Below are positions 1-10,181 of a stretch of DNA of 35,218 nt, piece by piece. The notes beneath the pieces were generated by a model that worked only from the letters and a program-made list of their open reading frames with translations, had not been told where the DNA came from and ran no database searches. Position 1 is the first letter of the stretch. Every line of letters starts with the position of its first letter. Origin of the DNA: Sanchytrium tribonematis (Eukaryota); contig JADGIG010000038.1 in the NCBI GenBank assembly GCA_018985235.1, positions 1 through 35,218 on the forward strand. Direction: 5' to 3'. Position numbers and translations under genes: made by a program.

Positions 1-1017
1 TCTAGATTATTGTATCCTTTAGAGTTTATACATGATTCACCTGCGCCTCTTGAATTGATTGAAAAAATTAATCATATAGGAGATCAAAAGACTCCTGACC
101 TTGTTAGAAGGCTATCTGTTGACGACAAGTCTGACAAAAGGCGAAAGAGCATCAATGACAAGAATATATCTCAATCAGTCGGAGCGAATTTGGGGTCTGA
201 ATTTAAACCGGAAGATATACCAGTTCCTTTGATACAAAGAACGCACTCCACAAAGCCAAGTATTGATAGAAAACTAGAACATGATCATATCCAAGAAGTT
301 CAACGTAGCCCTGAAGTGACCGAAATCATATCAAAAATGTTTGGCGATAATGAAAAAGACAATTCTCAAAAAGATGTTTCAAAAGAAATGGAACATGACT
401 CTACGCAGGTTGAAGATCACAGCAAATCTAGCGAAACGACAAAAGATTCCCCATCTACTGCCCCAACCAGTAGGTTGAGTAAATTCGCGGTAGGAACTTC
501 CTTTGTAGCTAGAAAAGTACAAAAAACGATAGTATCTGCAAAAGAAAGCTTTGTAGCGCCTCCCGCTCCTGCCAAAACAAACAGCATTCCCTCTGCATCG
601 ACTGATGAATTGAATTTGGCAACTAATGCCAAACTGAAAAATCTCAGCAGCAACATAGGCAAGTATTTAGATGATTACTCGAAACAGCATCAACAATTAA
701 AAGGTGATGTGGAGGAGGATCCTTCTATATTGGTGTCTAACAATCAATCAATTACTCCAATTAAATATATGTCATCGACTGAAAATCTTGAGCAAATTGA
801 AGAACCAAAAACAAAAATCTCTAACGCAAATTCTAGTGAGCAATTGGATAGCCATGGCCTTCTTAATCTAGAGGATCTTAAATCAAAACTCCCACTTCAA
901 AAATCTCATCAACATATTGAAGAAAAACAATCATTGCACTCGGGATCTGAAAAAATCGTAAATGACCACAATGATAACACAATGACTGCCCAAAATTTGG
1001 TGGATCTCCTTCAGTGA
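1..1017 (+). CDS. 3' part of a low-complexity S/T/D/E/K-rich hypothetical protein (runs off the left edge)
   Basis: Frame is open from base 1 to TGA at 1015-1017. Disorder-like composition; no recognisable domain. Confidence 0.7.
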   Translation, partial: SRLLYPLEFIHDSPAPLELIEKINHIGDQKTPDLVRRLSVDDKSDKRRKSINDKNISQSVGANLGSEFKPEDIPVPLIQRTHSTKPSIDRKLEHDHIQEVQRSPEVTEIISKMFGDNEKDNSQKDVSKEMEHDSTQVEDHSKSSETTKDSPSTAPTSRLSKFAVGTSFVARKVQKTIVSAKESFVAPPAPAKTNSIPSASTDELNLATNAKLKNLSSNIGKYLDDYSKQHQQLKGDVEEDPSILVSNNQSITPIKYMSSTENLEQIEEPKTKISNANSSEQLDSHGLLNLEDLKSKLPLQKSHQHIEEKQSLHSGSEKIVNDHNDNTMTAQNLVDLLQ

Positions 1018-1048
1018 GTTTTATTTATTACAAATGAGATAATTGCTA

Positions 1049-1981
1049 TTATGCGTCAGTTTCATTAAAACTTTTTCTTTTTCCTGTTTTACCAACTTCT
1101 TCTTCCTCGTCGTCTTGCTTTTCATACGAGTCTTCAACTTTAATAGTGTTCTTTTTACCAAGGAGCCACCCTCCCACTACTATTAGAAATGATCCATATA
1201 TCGATAGAAGTGGAATTTCTTCCCCTAGAAAAATTCCAATAAGGAATGCGAATAGTACTTCTGATGAGCGAACTGTCACTCCTATAACTGCCCCGACCTT
1301 CTGGAGTCCAGCATTTACAAGAAGCTGGCCAGCGGTTGCTAAAAGTCCTATTGATACAATTTTCAAATTCCAAACAAGCATTAGTCCGTCCTTGAGACTC
1401 AAAATAATTCCAATTAGCAACATGTATATAGATAGATAAAACACTAATTGAACAAAATGAGCTCTATCTCCGATTAATTTGATAAAAGTGACGGCCACAG
1501 CAGCCATGAATGCTTCGGTGACCGCTAGACTCGATCCAAGAAAATCAGAGTAACTTTCCACCCAAGAATTTGGATGTGCAATAAGTGCACTTCCAAGCAA
1601 AACAACAATAACCGCAAATGTTTTCGCATACGATACTCTTTCTTGCAGAAAAATTCGAGCAAGAATTATGGAATATATTGGACTAGTCATGAATAATGCA
1701 GTAGCGGTGCTAACTGGGATTTGCTTGAGAGTTTGAAAATAAAGATAGACTGCGACCCCACCAGCCAACCCACGCAAGTTGAGAAGGAAATAAACGCTTG
1801 AACTTCCAAATGGGTTCAATTTTAAATAACAAGCATAAATTAATGAAATTATTGTCTGAATTAAAGCTCTGTAAAATAGCAAATTGGAAGCTGGAATTTC
1901 GTTAAGGTCTTTAATAATGAATGACATAATAGCTAAACATAATGATGACAAAACAATTTGTAAAAGACCAATGTTTATCAT
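1049..1981 (-). CDS. EamA/DMT-family drug/metabolite transporter
   Basis: About 10 hydrophobic segments in two repeats (LLFYRALIQ, LNLRGLAG, SPIYSIILARIFLQE, EVLFAFLIGIFLGE). First in-frame ATG at 1981. Confidence 0.85.
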   Translation of the reverse strand: MINIGLLQIVLSSLCLAIMSFIIKDLNEIPASNLLFYRALIQTIISLIYACYLKLNPFGSSSVYFLLNLRGLAGGVAVYLYFQTLKQIPVSTATALFMTSPIYSIILARIFLQERVSYAKTFAVIVVLLGSALIAHPNSWVESYSDFLGSSLAVTEAFMAAVAVTFIKLIGDRAHFVQLVFYLSIYMLLIGIILSLKDGLMLVWNLKIVSIGLLATAGQLLVNAGLQKVGAVIGVTVRSSEVLFAFLIGIFLGEEIPLLSIYGSFLIVVGGWLLGKKNTIKVEDSYEKQDDEEEEVGKTGKRKSFNETDA

Positions 1982-2026
1982 AAGCCACAGATCATTTATA
2001 AACAAGACTAAATTGTGGAAAATACT

Positions 2027-2593
2027 TTATTCTTTTTTTTCAATAATTTGTTTCCGTTGTGGAATAGTCTCTTGTATAAAATCCCAATTTCCATTTAAAT
2101 AAAAATTTAAAAGAATCGAGTAAACTTGATTAATTGTCAATACTGAAGATGTGGTTAAATTTACATGATCTGCTAAAGGAAGTCTAGCTGTTTGAATGTT
2201 GAGCTTGTCAGCCTTTTCTTTGCATAAATTTTTATGCCTATTTCTATCAACAATTCCACCAATTATATAAGTTTTAGTTGCATCGACTGTCTCCAATATA
2301 TTTTCAGAATCCGCTGTCAAATAAATAGCATCCGCATCAAGTATTAATTCATTTAATGGCTCTTTGTATAATTCTACATATTCAATATTCCACAATTTTG
2401 CATCCCTAATTTTCAATAAATTCCATATTTTTGGGGAACAACCAGCAACTATTAATTTGCTATTCGATTTGCTTTTCCGATTGGCAGAGTAGCAGGTTCT
2501 TACCTGATCCACCAAGGATTTGAGTTCCTTATGAGTCATGTATCTTTCAAAATCTACATCAATGCAAATTTCAAGTTGTACTTGTTGACCCAT
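2027..2593 (-). CDS. TRM10: tRNA (guanine-9-N1)-methyltransferase
   Basis: SPOUT motifs YLTADS, YIIGGIVDRNRHK, TARLPL, VLTINQV. Confidence 0.95.
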   Translation of the reverse strand: MGQQVQLEICIDVDFERYMTHKELKSLVDQVRTCYSANRKSKSNSKLIVAGCSPKIWNLLKIRDAKLWNIEYVELYKEPLNELILDADAIYLTADSENILETVDATKTYIIGGIVDRNRHKNLCKEKADKLNIQTARLPLADHVNLTTSSVLTINQVYSILLNFYLNGNWDFIQETIPQRKQIIEKKE

Positions 2594-2728
2594 GTATTGA
2601 GGGGATTCCCAATTTCATATTATAAACCAAATTCGTCATAGTAATACTAGCATCAAGCAACTAGAAATTTTGGCACCTATTATTTGTTAAAATTTTCTTA
2701 ATATGACTGTAGAACGCTCCTTGATACA

Positions 2729-3439
2729 ATGAGTGTGGTAGCTAACAAATTACTTAAGAACATCAAATTACATAAAGGAACCAACGGATTTGAATTACTA
2801 GCAAACGAAAAACAGCTAAAAATCAATAATATGCCAATTGTAATTCCCTTAAAGGCCAAATCATTTGCCGAATGCTTATTTTACGAATGGAAATTATTAA
2901 AAGAATTCAAACCTTCTAAACTTCCTTTATCTCAACTTTATTCAAGAGGAATGGATTTGAAAGATAAAGAAGCAAAAAACAAATGTATTGATCAATTACT
3001 TCAATTTTATAAGAATGATGCTATTTGTTTCCATGCAGAAACTCCTAGCAATTTGTCACAAATGCAAAATGAGAGGTATATACCTCTATTGAATACAATG
3101 AGAAAAAAATTTAATCTCGACATAAATACTACGAACTCCTTTTATATTGAGGTTAGCACGAATGACTTGAAGATTTTGCGCGACCTCCTTAATTCATATG
3201 ACAATCATAAGTTGAATGCCCTTGAACGCTCTGCTTTGACCGCCAAAAGCTTTTTAATCGGCTTGGCTCTTTGTAACAAAATTATTGATGCCGAGGAGGC
3301 TGCAAACTTGGCTAGATTGGAGACACTAGCACAAATTGAATGGTTTGGAGAGGTAGAAGACAGTCATGATGTGGACGAACATTATATGAAAAGAGAAATG
3401 TATGGAACACAGTTATACGTTGAAAATTTTATAGAATGA
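2729..3439 (+). CDS. ATP12: Mitochondrial F1-ATPase assembly chaperone
   Basis: EW...PSKLPL and KSFLIGLAL...EEAANLARLETLAQIEWFGEVEDSHDVD match the ATP12/ATPAF2 C-terminal signature. Confidence 0.92.
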   Translation: MSVVANKLLKNIKLHKGTNGFELLANEKQLKINNMPIVIPLKAKSFAECLFYEWKLLKEFKPSKLPLSQLYSRGMDLKDKEAKNKCIDQLLQFYKNDAICFHAETPSNLSQMQNERYIPLLNTMRKKFNLDINTTNSFYIEVSTNDLKILRDLLNSYDNHKLNALERSALTAKSFLIGLALCNKIIDAEEAANLARLETLAQIEWFGEVEDSHDVDEHYMKREMYGTQLYVENFIE

Positions 3440-4303
3440 TTAAATATTTGCATTAAATTTCTCGTTCTGATATTTCTCTGCATCTGATAGATTTTTCATA
3501 AGCATCGCTACTGTCAAGGGTCCAACACCACCTGGAACAGGTGTTAAATATGACGCTTTTTGACTAGCGCTCTCGAAATGAATATCACCAACCAATTTAT
3601 AACCTTCCGTAGTTTCTATTGAATTGCACCCAACATCAACTACAACAGCATTCTCTTTTATCCATTCACCTCTTATAAATTCAGGAACCCCTATGGCCAC
3701 GATCAAAATATCCGCTAAATTGACCATTCTGGGTAATTCTTTAGTTTTTGAATGACAAAAGGTCACAGAGGCGCCCTCTCTAAGTAACAATTGACCCGCT
3801 GGTCTGCCGACAAGATCACTTATACCAACAATAACACAATGTGCACCTTTAAGTTCAATTTCAGTTGATTTTACAATCTGCAAAATTCCGTTTGCAGTAC
3901 AGGGAATAAACAGAGGCGTATCTAATCTTGACGAAAGCTTCCCAATATTCAATCGATTGAGGCCATCCACATCTTTTATATCAGAAACTGCATTTAATAT
4001 TTCGATAGGATCAAAAGATTTTGGTAAAGGTAATTGCACAATTATCCCATGTACGGATCGGTCATTATTTAGTCTTTGTATGTTTTTTATCAAAGTCATT
4101 TCATCTGTATTTTCGTCATAAGAATGTATTTGGCATTCAAACCCGACCTTCTTTGCTGCATTCTGTTTCATTCTAATGTAGGTCGAAGAGTCACTTCGTT
4201 CTCCCACATGAATTATGGCTAGAGTGGGTCTACTTGAGTGCTTTTGCGTTTTTAGAATGTCCATTATTGATGCGGCGAGTGCTTTTCCATTAATTATTTT
4301 CAT
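3440..4303 (-). CDS. folD: Stand-alone methylenetetrahydrofolate dehydrogenase/cyclohydrolase
   Basis: YIRMK, HGIIVQLPLP, KDVDG, PCT, TPVPGGVGPLTVAMLM. First ATG at 4303 (MKIINGK). Confidence 0.93.
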   Translation of the reverse strand: MKIINGKALAASIMDILKTQKHSSRPTLAIIHVGERSDSSTYIRMKQNAAKKVGFECQIHSYDENTDEMTLIKNIQRLNNDRSVHGIIVQLPLPKSFDPIEILNAVSDIKDVDGLNRLNIGKLSSRLDTPLFIPCTANGILQIVKSTEIELKGAHCVIVGISDLVGRPAGQLLLREGASVTFCHSKTKELPRMVNLADILIVAIGVPEFIRGEWIKENAVVVDVGCNSIETTEGYKLVGDIHFESASQKASYLTPVPGGVGPLTVAMLMKNLSDAEKYQNEKFNANI

Positions 4304-4344
4304 ACAACAAATTCCGTGTTTTAAAGTCGAAAATGACAAAAATT

Positions 4345-5079
4345 TTATTGCTTAAATATTGAATCCTCCTCTACGCCTTGAGCGGGCACAGGTTTCTCTC
4401 TACCCAGATTTTTCTTCGAAATCTTGCGCTCGTAGACGTCTAGTTTGTGTCTGCTTATATATTCTGGATTAGAGTATAGCAATTCACCTTTGCAAGGACC
4501 ACTAAAAACTCTTAGCGGCCACAAAGTCATTCTGGGCCCAATTTCGATAAGAGTTTCCTCGTCTTTCATCTCATAGTGTCTGATCCAAATGCGTCCATCA
4601 CATAAATTAAAGTGCATAACATGGTCAATAAAAGGCTTCGTCTTTGACATTTTTGGAATCTCAAAAATATTTGAAATTAAAGATTTGACAAGCTGCAATT
4701 CTGGATTATCAAAATCTTCTGAAAAACTTAAAATCATTCGCGAATGTTTGATGCAGTTGCCGTTGAATTTCAATTCTTCTAAAGTATGAATATTAGTAAG
4801 CAAAAATTGAATTCCATAACCCAATCTATCGGCCATATACAAATAGGTTTCTTCCTTTTTTTCTTCAAGGTAAAGAAAATATTTACACTCATTCATTTCT
4901 GCTAGTTCTAAGCATTCCATGACTCGCGAACACTTTGATTCTTTAACACTGTGTGGAAGAATTCCAAGTAAACTGGTAACTAAATGTCTAGGTCTAAATC
5001 CACATTTGTTAGTGGCGACTAAAACAGATTCATAATCATTCTCGGTTCTATCATCCATGATTTTGGACATTAACCCCAT
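4345..5079 (-). CDS. BRX1: Brix-domain ribosome biogenesis protein
   Basis: NIHTLEELKFNGNCIKHSR, KPFIDHV, RIWIRHY, EIGPRMTL. Confidence 0.93.
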   Translation of the reverse strand: MGLMSKIMDDRTENDYESVLVATNKCGFRPRHLVTSLLGILPHSVKESKCSRVMECLELAEMNECKYFLYLEEKKEETYLYMADRLGYGIQFLLTNIHTLEELKFNGNCIKHSRMILSFSEDFDNPELQLVKSLISNIFEIPKMSKTKPFIDHVMHFNLCDGRIWIRHYEMKDEETLIEIGPRMTLWPLRVFSGPCKGELLYSNPEYISRHKLDVYERKISKKNLGREKPVPAQGVEEDSIFKQ

Positions 5080-5120
5080 TGTGTTGTACTTGCTCCTTCG
5101 AATTTTAAAAGTACCAAAAT

Positions 5121-6378
5121 TTATTTCTTTAGTAATCCGAAGAACGACCAGCCAGTATTATCATCTGTATTCATTACTTCGGGACTGCCAAATAGATAAT
5201 CATAAGCTAAATCGTAGAAAATAGGTTTAGAAGTACATATCGGCAACATCGGAAATCTCGACACTATAATATTGTTTGGAAAATGGCGGTCCACATTTTT
5301 GTCGATCGGGCAACCAAGGTGTGGATTTGATTTAAGAGTTCCGTCCTTCTAAGTGAACATAAGATACAAAAATTTGTTTTGCAACAATTCCGTTTTCTTT
5401 GGCTGCAAAATGTGGCGTTCTAGGTATTCCATATAGCTGTTCTATATCAGAAAATTCGATTTTTAGGCCTGAATAAGCACCTTTAGTAATGTTTGAGTGA
5501 CATACAGAGAGCTTATTCTCAAACTTCTCAAGATATAATTGCAAAGGATGATTATCTGTTATCAAGTCTTTTGCCAATATTTTAATGCTTCCTATGCGCT
5601 TTATAAATCTATGTATACTTTTACCTGCCTCAAATTCATTTTTAGAAAAATTATCTTTCAGATCCTCAACTCCCTCTATATACAGTTTTAAAAGCTGAAG
5701 GTACTGCTTTTCGAAGGAGTTCTGTTTCAATTTCTCAAGCGATCTTACAATGATACGATGAAATTGATCATACAAGCCCACTATTTTAGCCGCATCTCCC
5801 GTAAATTCCATTATTGAGAATGTTTCTGTTAACGATGCTCTGAATTTTTTGGATCCCAGCTCCATGATGTCTCCACTTGAACCCAAAGAAAAGCTTTTTA
5901 GATCCGATACAATTTCTGGCTTGGTATTTTTAAGCTGCAACTGATACAAGACTTGCTTTATAGAAATTTCACATGTCTTTTTCCAATCCTCAAAATAAGA
6001 AATAAGAGAGTCACCAATAGCTGGGTAATGTGGACCTTTAAAAAAGTTGATAGCCAGTTGAATATTAGAGAATGCTTTCTCATACAATTTAGCATACGTG
6101 CAATACAAACCAGATACACACGCAAAGTAAATCTTTTCTATATCATTCGGAGTTAGCTTGGACAATACAAGGTGCGCTTTTTTAAACTTTTTTAGCTTGT
6201 GTACTCTGTCTGAATGCATCATTCCTAGCGCAACATTTTTTTCAACTAAAAGTAGATTAGCTAAATGCGTATTATTTTTCTTTCGTTCTTTTTTTATTCT
6301 GCTTGATAAGCTTTTGGCGTATGTTTGATAATCATCGAAATGCAAATGATTGCTTCGTGACTGTGCAATAATATCCAT
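5121..6378 (-). CDS. SRP68: Signal recognition particle subunit SRP68; 2 exons (6378-5368, 5348-5121), 412 aa
   Basis: N-terminal MDI...DDYQTYAKSLSSRIKK. Removing intron 5349-5367 adds an exon missed by the ORF track, ending ...KPIFYDLAYDYL...GWSFFGLLKK*, the SRP68 C-terminal signature. Confidence 0.85.
5349..5367 (-). other. 19-nt spliceosomal intron (SRP68)
   Basis: GTATCTTATGTTCACTTAG; excision opens the conserved C-terminal exon. Confidence 0.88.
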
Positions 6379-6512
6379 AATGAAACAAGGAATCCTGACA
6401 GACAATTTTAAATCTCCTGGCTCAAAAGAATCATTTGCAATTTAAACAAATGGCATTAAGAGTCTAAAAGGTTCATTCAGGATGGAAATGTTGAGTGATT
6501 TACATTAATTTT

Positions 6513-6519
6513 TGAAACA
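6513..6519 (+). promoter_or_regulatory. TGAAACA start-proximal motif (representative copy)
   Basis: Recurs within about 25 nt of several start codons; see findings. Confidence 0.6.
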
Positions 6520-6524
6520 AGTAA

Positions 6525-7461
6525 ATGGCTTATCAACCAGCTAATAATATTGAATTGCCAACGATCAATCAAGCTCAAGATGCTTTTGCAAGACCACCTC
6601 AAAAAACTCAAAAACCATACCAGCAAATATTACCAGTATCACAAGCGAATTACGGCTGTTACGAATCTATGATGACAACGATTGGTGATTGTCTAGGTTT
6701 TTTTGGTCAAGTTCCTTGTACAGCTTTATGTTTTCCAAATCCAATGAAGCAAATATCTCAAGGCAACGTTGGACTTGTTACCAAATTTGGAAAGTGCTAT
6801 AAAATTGTTGATCCTGGGCTGCACGCCATCAATGTTGCCACTGAAAAGATACTCGCAATAGATATTCGTGTTAAGGTTGAAGAGATTCCAAAGCAGTATG
6901 TTATGACTAGGGACAATGTTGGAATTAATGTCGACTCTGTTTTATATTGGCAAGTGACAGATCCCTATGTGGCAGCTTTCTTGATTAGGGATGTGCGTTT
7001 GGCTCTTATCGAAAGAACTCAAACAACTCTGAGAACAGTCATTGGATCAAGACATATGCAAGAGTGTGTTGAAAATCGAGATATTATTGCTCAAGAAATT
7101 ATGAAAGTGGTCGGACCAAGTGCAAAAACTTTCGGTGTGAGTGTCAACAGTATTCTGATCAAAGATATAGCATTTAGCAAGGAGCTTGAAGGTTTCATTT
7201 ACTTATTTAGGAGCATTGGCAAGTGCAGCTAAGCAAAGGCGAATTGGTGAGTCCAAGGTGATCGCAGCAAGAGCCGAGGTAGAAAGTGCAAAACTCATGA
7301 GAGAAGCTAGTGATATTCTTAGAAGTCCCGCAGCCATGCAAATCAGGTTTTTAGAATCACTTCAAACGATGAGTAAGGATCCTGGCACTAAGGTCGTATT
7401 CATGCCCAAAAATTCCAGTGTGCAAGAAATTACTAACACTGAAATGTTAAGAAGACTTTGA
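6525..7461 (+). CDS. Stomatin/band-7 (SPFH) protein; 2 exons (6525-7191, 7211-7461), 305 aa
   Basis: SPFH domain (MTRDNV, ERTQTTLR). Spliced junction reads ELEGALASAAKQRRIGESKVIAARAEVESAKLMR, colinear with fungal stomatins. Confidence 0.93.
7192..7210 (+). other. 19-nt spliceosomal intron (stomatin)
   Basis: GTTTCATTTACTTATTTAG; joins two ORFs in frame. Confidence 0.92.
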
Positions 7462-7510
7462 ATTTAAATAAACTGCGTTACCATTTACCTTGTGAACTTG
7501 AAACATTAAA

Positions 7511-9471
7511 ATGAGTATTTTCGAATTAAATAATGGCATAGCTTCTCTTTTTGAAGATCGATTGCTTGTAGATAATTCTTCAGAGACACTGAATGTTGGA
7601 GCAAGTTGTGGTTGTTTTCACATGAACAAAATATTTGTAGGCACTTTCAAAGGAGAATTGGTTATTTTGTCGCCTGCCAGGCGAACAGAAAAAGTCATTG
7701 AGGCGCATAATGGGTGCGTCATAACTTGCAACTATTTTAATGACTGTATAATTACGACGGGAGAAGATGGAATGGCAAAAATGTGGTCTTCTAATGGTGC
7801 ACTTCGAGCAACACTGACAAAATCTATATTACCTATTAGAGCTGTCACATTGAATGCTAATTCCCTATTTTATGGGGTGCAAGATCGATTTTTCTCCACA
7901 GACATCTTTTCCTCTGTTAAAAAATCCTATCATGCAAATTTTATAGTTACAGCATTATTTAGTGTTGGTCCTTATCTTGTAGTCGGTGGTATAAATGGAA
8001 AACTGAAATTATTCGAAAACTTGAATCTACTGAAGGAAATCAATCTTGAGTCGAAAATCTTTTCGATTTGTTTAAATCTAGATTTGCAACTTATATACGT
8101 TGGCTTATTTAATCAGATTATGATTTTAGACCTAGCGCTCAGATCGGTCCAGAATTATACCGCAAACGGAATTGTTTATAATTTGTATAGCAAAGACAAC
8201 GGTCAAATTTATTTTATTACATCAAAAGAATGCGGTACTTTGTACTACTTTAAGCCATACTTCTCTTCAAAATTTATTGTTTCGTGTAGCGATTACTTGA
8301 CAATAGAGAATGTTTCTAGCAGCATATCACACGTCGTAGAGCATGATCCGAAGGACATTAAAAAAATCAAGTTCGGTAATGTAGTAATTCTGGTACTAAA
8401 AAACAAATTGCTGATATTCGATAATCAAGAATATATTATTGATGTTTCTTTTGAAGTACGTGATATCCAGCTGCACGATTGGTAATTTATAACTTATGAA
8501 GTGCGTTTTCCGTGTGGGATGAACTAAAAAACTGTCACATTTTCACCAACTCGGGGAAGTATCTTGGCGCATTAAGTACAGATAGCAAAATTTGGACTTC
8601 ATCCTTGAAAAGTGTTGCTTGTGTCAAAGACAACAAAATTACATTATATGATCATAATTTAAAAGAAATAGAGCATTTTATTCACAAAGTAAAGATTGAA
8701 AAGGTAATGCTCAACAATGATGGAAAAGTTCTCTTTCTAGACAGTAGCAGGGACTTGCATCTATATAATTTTAAGGATCTCAGATTCATTTCGAAAGACG
8801 TTACAGATTTTAGATGGGCAGATTCTGATGTTTTCGTTTATTGTGTTAATTCCGTGCTTCATTATCAGTTTGGAACTTATCTAATACCCGACCTTTTGCC
8901 AAAATCAAAGGTAGCGGTCAAGCTTCAATCCAATATATGTGAAATCATTTCTGTAAGTCCATCGATAGAATTTAGAATGGAGAATGGCGAAAATAAGACT
9001 TCTAGTATTCTGAGACCGCATATGATAGAATTTTTTAAACTATTGAAAAATTCCAAACTACATGAAGCTTCACGCCTTGCAGTGTTATCAAAAAAGGACT
9101 TTCTGTATGCTTGTTTATGCCAAGCAGCTATAGAGCAGAAAGACTTTGATGTCGTGCTTCTGTGTTGTACATATCTTCAGTTAAATGCTCAAACTTATTG
9201 CTTATTGAAATTTCAAAAATCTTTCGGGCTGTCATTATTAAAAGGCTCACTTGAGACATCGTTAGTGTTAAATGAATTTGAACAATACCAAAGAGAGCTG
9301 GAGGCGTTCAACTTTAGCTCGATGTTTGCGTTCTCAAGAAAATCTCCACAACACGAATCTTTGTTTGCATATTACAGGAGGCAATATCTCAAGCAGATTG
9401 GTCGCGAGGAATTTATAGATGAATACAAATCACTTGAAATCAAAACTCCAATCGAGGAGTTTGTTAAATAA
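7511..9471 (+). CDS. IFT80: Divergent intraflagellar transport protein 80 (WD40 + helical tail); 2 exons (7511-8481, 8502-9471), 646 aa
   Basis: EKVIEAHNG...TTGEDGMAKMWSSNGALRATL; C-terminal KLHEASRL, LYACL, YRRQYLKQIGREE resemble IFT80 motifs. Confidence 0.82.
8482..8501 (+). other. 20-nt spliceosomal intron (IFT80)
   Basis: GTAATTTATAACTTATGAAG; contains the in-frame stop and restores frame with ORF 8512-9471. Confidence 0.88.
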
Positions 9472-9509
9472 ATTTAAATCAATTGTTTAAGATATTTGGA
9501 AATATTTAA

Positions 9510-9514
9510 AGGAG
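9510..9514 (+). promoter_or_regulatory. AGGAG/CTCCT start-proximal motif (representative copy)
   Basis: Recurs within about 40 nt of many start codons in either orientation; see findings. Confidence 0.6.
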
Positions 9515-9524
9515 ACTCTAAGAC

Positions 9525-10181
9525 ATGGGAAATATTCGCGGAATTGGTGACGATAAAGACGAAAAGCCAGATTTGTATGTTGGAAGTGGTCAGAATGTAG
9601 TACCTCCAAGAGGCAATAGACCCCAACATTCTAACCCTTTGGTTCAGGATTTGCTTCAATCCGCAGACGAAAGACAACCAGAAGAAGCAGAGGACGTGGT
9701 TGTCCGAGAAATGGTGTTATACCAAAACGGATTTTTATTACACGAGACATTTTATCCAAATGATTCTCCAGAAGCTGAACAAGTTTTGAAAATGCTCAAA
9801 AGTGGACATGCGCCTCTTGGTTTGCTCGGAGTATCTCAAAATGAAAAGGTTGACTTAAAAACTTCTATGAAATTGAATGAAGAATATGTGCCACCATTTA
9901 AGGCTTTCAAGGGTGATGGGAATAGACTTGGGGCACCGATGCCAAAGCCGAAATCACAAACAACTAACGAACCTTTACCAAATCTCGATGCTTCGGATCC
10001 AGCAAATATGACATTGCAAATCCGAAAGAGTAATGGAGAAAGGACTTCAGTTGTTGTTACCCGTAATATTAGCTTAGATACCTTAAATCAACAATTAGGA
10101 GGAACTTTACATCATGCATTCCCAAGAAAACAAGTTGAATCTTTGACAGGATGTGATAAAGAAGTACTGTTACTGTTGTAG
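9525..10181 (+). CDS. SHP1: p47/Shp1-like Cdc48 cofactor (SEP + SHP box + short UBX)
   Basis: LYQNGF and GHAPLGLL (SEP), FKAFKGDGNRLG (SHP box), LQIRKSNG and FPR (UBX). Confidence 0.85.
   Translation: MGNIRGIGDDKDEKPDLYVGSGQNVVPPRGNRPQHSNPLVQDLLQSADERQPEEAEDVVVREMVLYQNGFLLHETFYPNDSPEAEQVLKMLKSGHAPLGLLGVSQNEKVDLKTSMKLNEEYVPPFKAFKGDGNRLGAPMPKPKSQTTNEPLPNLDASDPANMTLQIRKSNGERTSVVVTRNISLDTLNQQLGGTLHHAFPRKQVESLTGCDKEVLLLL

Noticed and set aside
2598..2680. U4 snRNA (TGAGG and Sm-like AATTTTGG)
   Set aside because: No U6-pairing segments or kink-turn partner could be found.
7477..7484. RFX X-box (GTTACCAT) upstream of IFT80
   Set aside because: Only a half-site; the RRNAAC half is absent and there is no match upstream of enkurin.
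8483..8485. Stop-codon reassignment (TAA/TAG = Gln, as in some aphelids)
   Set aside because: TAA and TAG end conserved proteins at the expected positions, and internal stops fall in introns with a frame change.
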